Below are positions 44,789 to 55,200 of a DNA stretch of 64,000 nucleotides, one piece after another. Position 1 is the stretch's first letter. Every line of letters starts with the position of its first letter. The notes beneath the pieces were generated by a model. It searched no databases. It had not been told where the DNA came from and worked only from the letters and a program-made list of their open reading frames with translations. The position numbers were made by a program, and so were the translations under genes. Source of the DNA: Eledone cirrhosa (lineage: Eukaryota); NCBI GenBank assembly GCA_964016885.1, contig OZ024763.1, positions 186,001-250,000 on the forward strand, in the 5' to 3' direction.

Positions 44789-44822
44789 TTAATCTGTTAT
44801 TTTAATATATATATATATATAT

Positions 44823-45012
44823 ATCATCATCATCATCGTTTAATGTCTATCTTCCACGCTAGCATGGGTTAGACGGGAAATGTCCCACTTAAGGCAAGAT
44901 TGGTCAGGAGACGTGTCTTGCTTGTTTAGGACTGTCTGGCAGGTTTTCTACAGCTGGATGCCCTTACTAACACCAACCACGTTTACAGTGTGGACTGGGA
45001 GCTTTTTACCGT
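44823..45012 (-). mobile_element. RTE 3' UTR/tail fragment
   Basis: Matches 35125-35316. Confidence 0.8.
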
Positions 45013-45349
45013 ATATATATATATATATATATATATAACGAAGGAAATGTGGTAAGGAACCAGGTGGACCATAACGCACCAAAGTACTCAATACTTAGGG
45101 TAATAGAGTGGGTAATAGGAACGGATTAGCCGTCGAAACGGCTTGAGCTCAGCCATCGGGGTCCTACTCGTTCCTATATATATATATATCATAATATATC
45201 TATAGATATATTTACATTATATATATATATGTATATATATATATATCATATATAATATATCTATAAATATATTTACATTATATATATATGTATATATATA
45301 TGTATATCTATATAATATATCTATAAATATATCTACATAATATATATAT

Positions 45350-45391
<42 letters not shown>

Positions 45392-45506
45392 TATATATAT
45401 AAATATATTTACATAATATATATATATCATATATAATATATCTATAAATATATTTACATAATATATGTATATATGTTTATATATATATATATATATTGTG
45501 TTTAGT

Positions 45507-46099
45507 TGTGCTACTGGTAACATGTATCCCAGTACAACCTGTCTCATGGTCGGGTCGTTGGCGACTAAACTGGCAACCCCACCAAGGTTTCTTGGTGAGG
45601 AGGGTGACTTTGGACATCCTGCAGGACTAAAAACAAAACCTGTCAAAGGGCAAAGGAGCTCTTAAGAGTCAATGGCCATCCAAAATCACCGGGAGAGATG
45701 ACCCCTTAGCCTTTGTCAAGGCAGAATTCTAGGAGAAGGAAAACTCTGATATAACACCTGCAACCTTGATGGTATCCAATGATGTTGACTTGTTCTTCTT
45801 TTTGGTAAATATCATCTTGGTTAAGAGAGTGGGACTGGCTTTGTGCAGTGCCTTTGCTCACTATAAAAGCTTCACGGCACAGGCATTGCTTTATATCTGG
45901 AGATCTCTCTGCACTTGTCCTCACATGGTACCATGGGCCCAGCACTATGTGTCAATAATTGTCACAAGTGTAGTGTTTGTACCAGAGTTTTCAAGTCGCT
46001 GGCTGGACTAAAAAGTCACACTCATGCAGCGCTTCGGTAGGGGTTCTCCTACATGGATATAAAGTAGTGGCCGTACTCGAAAACGAGTTGGCAGCCACC
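45507..46099 (+). mobile_element. Non-autonomous internally deleted RTE-type element, copy 2, with a 14-bp TSD
   Basis: atattgtgtttagt at 45493-45506 and 46100-46113. Confidence 0.85.
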
Positions 46100-46225
46100 A
46101 TATTGTGTTTAGTAATGAGATGATACTATTGTTGTTGTTACTGTTCTACTATTGTATTTCTGGCCTATTGTTTAATATATATTATATCTAATAGTGAGTC
46201 AGTACTGTTGTTGTTTTATAATGGC

Positions 46226-46277
<52 letters not shown>

Positions 46278-46345
46278 AATATGGGGGGAAAAAATAACAG
46301 AAAACCATACCATCTTATCTCCTCAATTTTGTTTGTTTCATTTAT

Positions 46346-46403
<58 letters not shown>

Positions 46404-46467
46404 CATATATATGTGTGTACTCATATATATATATATATATGTATGTGTGCATATATATATGTGTGTA

Positions 46468-46505
<38 letters not shown>

Positions 46506-46692
46506 CATATATATATGCATGTATTCATATATATATACATATATATATATATACATACATATATACATATATATAAATATATATATACATACATATATAC
46601 ATATATATATATACATATATATATATACATATATATACATATACATATATATACATATACATATATATACATATACATATATATACATGTAC

Positions 46693-46734
<42 letters not shown>

Positions 46735-46748
46735 ATAGACACATATAT

Positions 46749-46817
<69 letters not shown>

Positions 46818-47059
46818 CATTGTCTGGAGTATATTCTGAATGTTGCAGTTATCATCTTTAATATATCATAATATATCAAAAAGAATATAACAAGAGATAT
46901 CTCTTTTTGATATCTGTTCACAGAAGTGACGGATAATAATTGGATATCATATGTATTATGTTGTATTGTTTGGATTGGTTAGTTTTATTCCTTCTCCAGT
47001 GTTTCATATTACTACACTAGGTTTCTTAGATATATATATACACACACACATATATATAT

Positions 47060-47508
47060 ACAGTCCACGCTGTAATGTGGCCGTGTAGGCAACACGGTAA
47101 AAACCTCCCAGCCCCACACTGTAAACGTGGTTGGTGTTAGGAAGGGCATCCAACTGTAGAAAACCTGCCAGACAGTCCACGCTGTAATGTGGCCGTGTAG
47201 GCAACACGGTAAAAACCTCCCAGTCCACACTGTAAACGTGGTTGGTGTTAGGAAGGGCATCCAACTGTAGAAAACCTGCCAGACAGTCCACGCTGTAATG
47301 TGGCCGTGTAGGCAACACGGTAAAAACCTCCCACACCCACACTGTAAATGTGGTTGGTGTTAGGAAGGGCATCCAACTGTAGAAAACCTGCCAGACAGTC
47401 CTATGCGAGCAAGACAACCACTCTTGCCTCAAGTGGGAAAACCCCCGTCCAAACCCATTCAAGCGTCGAACACGGACGCTAAACCTGATGATGATGATGA
47501 TGATGATG
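47060..47508 (+). mobile_element. RTE 3' UTR with a triplicated ~110-bp unit
   Basis: acagtccacgctgtaatgtggcc...aaacctgccag occurs three times, followed by the tail. Confidence 0.85.
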
Positions 47509-47571
47509 ATATATATATATATACAGGCACATATATACACATATACATATGCACACATATTTACTTACATG

Positions 47572-47605
<34 letters not shown>

Positions 47606-47742
47606 TACCTACACACACACACATATATATATATAACTACACACACACACACACATATATAAACACTCACATATATACACTCACATATATACACATACAT
47701 ATATATACACACACGTATATCGACATACATATACACCCATAC

Positions 47743-47773
<31 letters not shown>

Positions 47774-47780
47774 CACATAT

Positions 47781-48018
47781 TTCTACACAGCTGGATGCCC
47801 TTCCTAACACTAACCTCATTCACAGTGAGTGCTGGGTGCTTTTTTTCCGTGGCACCCCACGACCACTTTACAGTGTGGTCTGGGTGCTTTTTTTGCCGTG
47901 GCACCTCCACGACCACTTTGCAATGGAATGATAGGGACCCCAGTCCTATCATCTCATTTCTACAGCTGAGTAAACTGGAGCAATGTGAAATAAAGTGTCT
48001 TGCTCAAGGAAACAACAC
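47781..48018 (-). mobile_element. SINE family 2 fragment
   Basis: Matches 20730-20920. Confidence 0.85.
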
Positions 48019-48127
48019 AATATATAACTATATATATATATAGTAATAATAATAAAATTGAAGACTAAAATCCAAAGAGGGCTCGATAAGGAAAATATAT
48101 ATCAAATATATAACAACCGCAGAGCAA

Positions 48128-48245
48128 ATATTTATTAAAATAACAGATTAAAGTTTAAGCAAAGAATCGCTGCTTTCACCCTTAACAGGATCTTCTGAAG
48201 GGTGAAAGCAGCGATTCTTTGCTTAAACTTTAATCTGTTATTTTA

Positions 48246-48255
<10 letters not shown>
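48128..48255. repeat. Fold-back of the CAGAAGA-family pLTR (hammerhead at 48152-48199, - strand)
   Basis: Inverted arms; the pLTR tail lies at 48045-48125. Confidence 0.8.
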
Positions 48256-48280
<25 letters not shown>

Positions 48281-48339
48281 TATCTATATACTATATATAT
48301 ATCAAAATGAAAATCCGAAGGCAAGGTAAAATTTCCAAT

Positions 48340-48426
48340 CATTTTATTCACGACACATGTTTCAATAAGAGATAGATCGATCGTGAAGCCATGATCGATT
48401 ATCACTGATCTCATCAGGTGAAAATG
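48340..48426 (-). ncRNA. Type I hammerhead ribozyme, left arm
   Basis: cattttcac-CTGATGA-long stem II-GAA-ACA-tg-TGT-C-gtgaataaaatg. Confidence 0.75.
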
Positions 48427-48552
48427 AATTGTCTTCAAATTCTTGATATTAGGGAGAAAATTAGCAATGTTCACACACAGAGTTTATTCCCTCATACTCT
48501 GTGAGTAAACATGGCTAATTTTCTCCCTCATATCAAGAATTTGAAGACAATT

Positions 48553-48639
48553 CATTTTCACCTGACGAGTTCAGTGATAATTGATCATGGCTTCACAATC
48601 AATCTATCTCTCATTGAAACCTGTGTCGTGATTAAAATG
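48553..48639 (+). ncRNA. Type I hammerhead ribozyme, right arm
   Basis: cattttcac-CTGACGA-long stem II-GAAAC-ctgt-GTC-gtgattaaaatg. Confidence 0.72.
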
Positions 48640-48717
48640 ATTGGAAATTTTACCTTGCCTTCAGATTTTCATTTTGATACTAATACTCCGTTTTACATCA
48701 TCTAGCTGTTCCCTTGA

Positions 48718-48959
48718 ATAATAATAATAATAATAATAATGAAATTATTGTGTAAAGTGCTCAGGTGCACTACAACTCGTCAATATAGTACATAGAATAA
48801 TACACAAATGTCAGGGAAGTACATGTTTGTATGTGTTAGCTGTAGTGTTGGCGGATCTCGGGAAGCATGGAGGCCTTAAAGGATGCAGTGTCTTGACAGC
48901 TAACAACTGATGCAGGTAGTTTGTTCCATGCTTCAGCAACTCTGAGCGTGAAAAAATGG
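48718..48959 (-). mobile_element. CR1/L2-group LINE 3' end
   Basis: HFFTLRVAEAWNKLPASVVSCQDTASFKASM*, then a (TTA)n tail. Confidence 0.8.
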
Positions 48960-49138
48960 AATTGGAGATATACAAAAGCGTGGAGAACTTAATATTGCTA
49001 ACAAAAATTTATTGGACCGTTTTACACAACCAATAATACACCTTACTATATAACAACTATATACTAAATATATATATATATATAACTATCTATATACATA
49101 TATAACTATCTATATACATATATAACTATCTATATACT

Positions 49139-49507
49139 CGTTTTTTCAAATATCATTTTGGAAGAAGAATCAGGATGAAGAGAGAGGTGCTGTACCCCAG
49201 CAAGTTTTATAAAAGGTGGGTAAATGTGGCAAAGATGGGCCGAGTGGTTGGGCCTTCTCTCTATATAAGCCTGTAGGTTGAGGAAAAAGAGGAAGATAGG
49301 AAGGGAGTACTCACTCTTGGTGCTCCTGGAGATGAGGGTTGTACATTTTTTCGGGGTGTGTACAACCCCTGTGTAACACCTCCCCCCCTATTGGGGATTT
49401 CAATTATTATTTGTTATTGTATTAATAGTTTTATTTTCATATACCTGTATGTAAACTCCCCATTTGTATTTGTCCCCTTCTTTTGTGCCCTTGTGGCTAA
49501 TAAAGAA
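49139..49507 (+). mobile_element. L1/Tx1-like LINE 3' end
   Basis: Colinear with 30780-31180. Confidence 0.72.
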
Positions 49508-49518
49508 ATTTATCTATA

Positions 49519-49562
<44 letters not shown>

Positions 49563-50254
49563 TATATACACACACTATATATATACACAATGTATTTATA
49601 CTAGTTCCATTGTGGTTCACTGTTTTATGTCTATTGATTGAGATAATAATTGAATCTACAATAAATGGTTGCTAGTTCATCACCATCATCATCACCATCA
49701 TCACCATCATCATTATAATCATCATCATCATCACTACCATCACCATCACCACCATCACCATCATCATCACCATCACCACCACCACCACACCACCATCTCC
49801 ACCGCCACCACCACCATCATCATCACCACCACCATCAACACCACCACCACCATCACCATCATCAACACCACCACCACCATCACCACCACCATCATCATCA
49901 CCACGATCATCACCACCATCACCACCACCACCATCATCATCATCAACACCAGCACCACCATGATCAACACTGCCACCACCACCATCATCATCAAGACCAC
50001 TACCACCACCACTACCACCACCACCATCACTACCACCACCACCATCACCACCACCACCACCATCATTATTATATTATTTTTTTTTTTTGGCAGATTTCCT
50101 TTCTTCTTTGTCCTCAAGAAATTGCTCGTTGTAGCTAACGATACTTCAAGTAATTAATTAAATTTCCGAATTCATAACGAGCAATTATTGATGAATGAAA
50201 GAAATATATGGAATATCTCTGGAAAAAAAAGTTTTCTCCTCGAATTGATGTTTA

Positions 50255-50872
50255 TTATCATTATCATTATTATTGTTCTTTGAGTCTCAGTCATTGATGT
50301 TAGTTAACTGGAAAGTTTGTTGAAATGAATATCAAGCCACTACCTGCAGCCTCAGATATTCAGGACGTATCAGAGGGTTCTTGCTGTTCCCAGCAAGCAT
50401 GCCTTTTGAAGTGTTCCAAAAAGCGGGGGCTGGACTAATTTTCTTTAACCATCCCTGGAAACTCCTTGAGATAGTACCTAGTGCGCCTATGACAATCGGG
50501 ACCACTTTAACTTCATGGCAGTTCTATCATTATCATTATTATTGTTCTTTGAGTCTCAGTCATTGATGTTAGTTAACTGGAAAGTTTGTTAAAATGAATA
50601 TCAAGCCACTACCTGCAGCCTCAGATATTCAGGACGTATCGGAGGGTTTTTGCTGTTCCCAGCAAGCATGCCTTTTGAAGTGTTCCAAAAAGCGTGGAAA
50701 CTCTTTGAGATAGTCCCCAGTGAGCCTATCACAATCGGGACGACCTTGACTTCATGGCAGTTCCAAATCCTTTTTACCTCCCACTTTAAGTCCTGGTATC
50801 GGTTAATTTTCTCCCTCTCCTTCTCTTGCACTCTCGTGTCGAATGGGCAGGCCACATCCACAATCAGGCACG
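50255..50872 (-). mobile_element. Two head-to-tail R4/Dong-like LINE 3' fragments
   Basis: VDVACPFDTRVQEKEREKINRYQDLKWEVKRIW..VVPIVIGSLGT..QKACLLGTA is a restriction-like endonuclease C-terminus; the fragments are flanked by (TAA)n. Confidence 0.85.
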
Positions 50873-50907
<35 letters not shown>

Positions 50908-50919
50908 CTTTGTTATTAA

Positions 50920-51090
50920 AGGGCTGTGGATTGGCAGCATCGGTAGACACCATGCTTTGCAGCATAGAGTTATGGCCCTTGCCATTCTGAGTTCAAATCC
51001 TGCCGAGGTTAACTTTGCCTTTCATCCTTACGAGGTCAATAAAATAAAGTACCAGTAATACACTGGGGTCAATTTAATCGACTTTCTCCT
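50920..51090 (+). mobile_element. SINE family 1
   Basis: A box, B box and central domain present. Confidence 0.88.
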
Positions 51091-51217
51091 CAGCTAGACT
51101 TCCTGAGATCCCACTACATCTCCTGTACACCCATAGTTTGCATTTTGGGCAGAGGATGGAATTTCTACCTATGCCTTTCCTGCATACTAAGCAAGGCCAT
51201 TTCCCTGAGGAGACGGG

Positions 51218-51283
<66 letters not shown>

Positions 51284-51313
51284 AGACCAAAAGATGGTTA
51301 AAAGAGTTCCATA

Positions 51314-51384
51314 TATTTTATTATGCGCATTTCAAAAACAAATATCATCATGCATTAACATTTGCGTTTTCCTCAGATAAAATA
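51314..51384 (-). ncRNA. Type I hammerhead ribozyme, left arm
   Basis: tattttat-CTGAGGA-stem II-GAAA-tgcgca-TA-ataaaata. Confidence 0.78.
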
Positions 51385-51488
51385 GGGAGACATGATATGA
51401 AGGTTAAAACACACTTGTGAATAGTGCAGTTTTAAATCAACATATGCACTATTCACAAGTGTGTTTTAACCTTCATATCATGTCTCCC

Positions 51489-51559
51489 TATTTTATCTGA
51501 CGAAAACGCAAATGTTATTGCATGATGATATTTGTTTTTGAAATGCGCATAATAAAATA
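51489..51559 (+). ncRNA. Type I hammerhead ribozyme, right arm
   Basis: tattttat-CTGACGA-aaacgcaaatgtta/tgatatttgttttt-GAAA-tgcgca-TA-ataaaata, with palindromic ATGCGCAT helix III. Confidence 0.8.
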
Positions 51560-51688
51560 CATGGAACTCTTTTAACCATCTTTTGGTCTTATATATTATT
51601 ATTTATACTCCAGTCCTACAAACTGTAGAGTGCTTCTTATCCGATATCTGCATTGCTTTATTGTACTACAATAAAACTCACCTCCTAC

Positions 51689-51742
<54 letters not shown>

Positions 51743-51956
51743 CTTTAGGTCCCTGACAGCTGAACTCCGCCCATTTCGACAGCTAGATCCAAACTCGGGG
51801 TCCTGAATCTTTTCATATTACTCACTCTACTACTCCAAGTATTGAGTACTCTCGTGAGTTATGGTCTAGCTGTCTTTTACCACACCCTATATGAATCAGT
51901 TCCCGTCCCACCCTTGCAAGCAGGGAAAAGCGGACGTAAAATGATGACGATGATGA

Positions 51957-52020
<64 letters not shown>

Positions 52021-52234
52021 CGAAGGATGTGTGGTAAGGAACCTATATATATATGTGTGTGTGTACACGTTCTAATAGCTTCATTTGTTAATATATTTAT
52101 ATATATATAACACTTGTATTTAGCTATAAGCAATTACTACACAAATAAATGTAAGCTGATAGCGTAACTAATTAAACAATTTTCTCATAAGTCAACATAC
52201 TAATTACTTCAGTAGCTAGCTAATGCCATAATGC

Positions 52235-55200
52235 CAGCCACAGATGTGGGCTGGGGTTGTTGGTTATGACGTAATGTTGACCACAGATATGGAGTTGTTG
52301 GTTGTGACGTAATGTTGACTACAGATATGGGTTGTTGGCTGTGACGTAATGTTGACCACAGATATGGGGTTGTTGGTTGTGACGTAATGTTGACCACAGA
52401 TATTGGGTTGTTGGTTATGACGTAATGTTGACCACAGATATGGCGTTGTTGGCTGTGACGTAATGTTGACCACATATATGGGGTTGTTGGTTGTGACGTA
52501 ATGTTGACTAGAGATATGGGGTTGTTGGCTGTGACGTAATGTTGACCACATATATGGGGTTGTTGGTTGTGACGTAATGTTGACTACAGATATGGGGTTG
52601 TTGGTTGTGACGTAATGTTGACTACAGATATGGAGTTGTTGGTTGTGACGTAATGTTGACTACAGATATGGAGTTGTTGGTTGTGACGTAATGTTGACCA
52701 CATATATGGGTTGTTGGTTATGACGTAATGTTGACTACAAATATGGAGTTGTTGGTTGTGACGTAATGTTGACTACATATATGGGGTTGTTGGTTGTGAC
52801 GTAATGTTGACTACAGATATGGAGTTGTTGGCTGTGACGTAATGTTGACCACATATATGGGGTTGTTGGTTGTGACGTAATGTTGACTAGAGATATGGGG
52901 TTGTTGGCTGTGACGTAATGTTGACCACATATATGGGGTTGTTGGTTGTGACGTAATGTTGACTAGAGATATGGGGTTGTAGGTTATGGCGTAGTGTTGA
53001 CTACATATATGGGGTTGTTGGTTGTGACGTAATGTTGACTACATATATGGGGTTGTTGGTTGTGACGTAATGTTGACCACAGATATGGGGTTGTTGGTAG
53101 TGACATAATGTTGACTACAGATATGGGGTTGTTGGTTGTGATGTAATGTTGACTACAGATATGGAGTTGTTGGTTGTGACGTAATGTTGACTACATATAT
53201 GGGGTTGTTGGTTATGACGTAATGTTGACTACAGATATGGAGTTGTTGGTTGTGACGTAATGTTGACTACAGATATGGAGTTGTTGGTTGTGACGTAATG
53301 TTGACTACAGATGTGGGGTTGTTGGTTGTGACGTAATGTTGACTACAGATATGGGGTTGTTGGTTGTGACGTAATGTTGACTACAGATATGGAGTTGTTG
53401 GTTGTGACGTAATGTTGACTACATATATGGGGTTGTTGGTTGTGACGTAATGTTGACCACATATATGGGGTTGTTGGTTGTGACGTAATGTTGACTACAG
53501 ATATGGGGTTGTTGGCTGTGACGTAATGTTGACTACATATATGGGGTTGTTGGTTGTGACGTAATGTTGACTACAGATATGGGGTTGTTGGTTGTGACGT
53601 AATGTTGACTACAGATATGGGGTTATTGGTTGTGACGTAATGTTGACTACAGATATGGGTTGTTGGTTGTGATGTAATGTTGACTACAGATATGGGTTGT
53701 TGGTTGTGATGTAATGTTGACTACAGATATGGGGTTGTTGGTTGTGACGTAATGTTGACTACAGATATGGGGTTGTTGGTTGTGACGTAATGTTGACTAC
53801 ATATATGGAGTTGTTGGTTGTGACGTAATGTTGACTACATATATGGGGTTGTTGGTTGTGACGTAATGTTGACCACAGATATGGGGTTGTTGGTTGTGAC
53901 GCAATGTTGACCACATATATGGGGTTGTTGGTTGTGACGTAATGTTGACTACAGATATAGGGTTGTTGGTTGTGACATAATGTTGACCACAGATATGGGG
54001 TTGTTGGTTGTGACGTAATGTTGACCACAGATATGGGGTTGTTGGTTGTGACGTAATGTTGACTACAGATATGGGGTTGTTGGTTGTGACGTAATATTGA
54101 CTACAGATATGGGGTTGTTGGTTGTGACGTAATGTTGACTACAGATATGGGGTTGTTGGTTGTGACGTAATGTTGACTACAGATATGGGATTGTTGGCTG
54201 TGACGTAATGTTGACCACATATATGGGTTGTTGGTTGTGACGTAATGTTGACTACAGATATGGGTTGTTGGTTGTGACGTAATGTTGACTACAGATATGG
54301 GGTTGTTGGTTGTGACGTAATGTTGACTACAGACATGTGGTTGTTGGTTGTGACGTAATGTTGACTACAGATATGGGGTTGTTGGTTGTGACGTAATGTT
54401 GACTACAGATATGGTGTTGTTGGCTGTGACGTAATGTTGACTACATATATGGGGTTGTTGGTTGTGACGTAATGTTGACTACAGATATGGGGTTGTTGGT
54501 TGTGACGTAATGTTGACTCCATATATGGGGTTGTTGGCTGTGACATAATGTTGACTACAGATATGGGGTTGTTGGCTGTGACATAATGTTGACTACAGAT
54601 ATGGGATTGTTGGCTGTGACGTAATGTTGACTACAGATATGGGATTGTTGGCTGTGACGTAATGTTGACCACAGATATGGGGTTGTTGGTTGTGACGTAA
54701 TGTTGACTACATATATGGGGTTGTTGGCTGTGACGTAATGTTGACTACATATATGGGTTGTTTGTTGTGACATAATGTTGACTAGAGATATGGGGTTGTT
54801 GGCTGTGACGTAATGTTGACTACAGATATGGGGTTGTTGGTTGTGACGTAATGTTGACTACATATATGGGGTTGTTGGTTGTGACGTAATGTTGATTACA
54901 GATATGGGTTGTTGGTTGTGACGTAATGTTGACTAGAGATATGGGGTTGTTGGCTGTGACGTAATGTTGACCACATATATGGGTTGTTGGTTATGACGTA
55001 ATGTTGACTACAAATATGGAGTTGTTGGTTGTGACGTAATGTTGACTACATATATGGGGTTGTTGGTTGTGACGTAATGTTGACTACAGATATGGAGTTG
55101 TTGGCTGTGACGTAATGTTGACCACATATATGGGGTTGTTGGTTGTGACGTAATGTTGACTAGAGATATGGGGTTGTTGGCTGTGACGTAATGTTGACCA

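Larger units (their letters stand above)
48300..48679. repeat. Fold-back inverted repeat (~184-bp arms) of a pLTR
   Basis: 48300-48483 pairs with 48496-48679 across a 12-nt loop. Confidence 0.9.
51274..51599. repeat. Fold-back inverted repeat (~155-bp arms) of a pLTR
   Basis: 51274-51428 pairs with 51445-51599. The tail tatactcc..gagtgctt follows. Confidence 0.9.

Noticed and set aside
45507-45620. HDV-like or twister ribozyme in the 5' end of the bipartite element
   Set aside because: Hairpins are present, but the required nested pseudoknot and core nucleotides could not be fitted by eye.
48280-48705. Pair of similar 64-aa ORFs on opposite strands
   Set aside because: By-product of the fold-back pLTR, with no recognisable protein motif.
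50075-50160. Possible host exon after a polypyrimidine/CAG acceptor
   Set aside because: No recognisable coding signal or partner exons; it would need RNA-seq.
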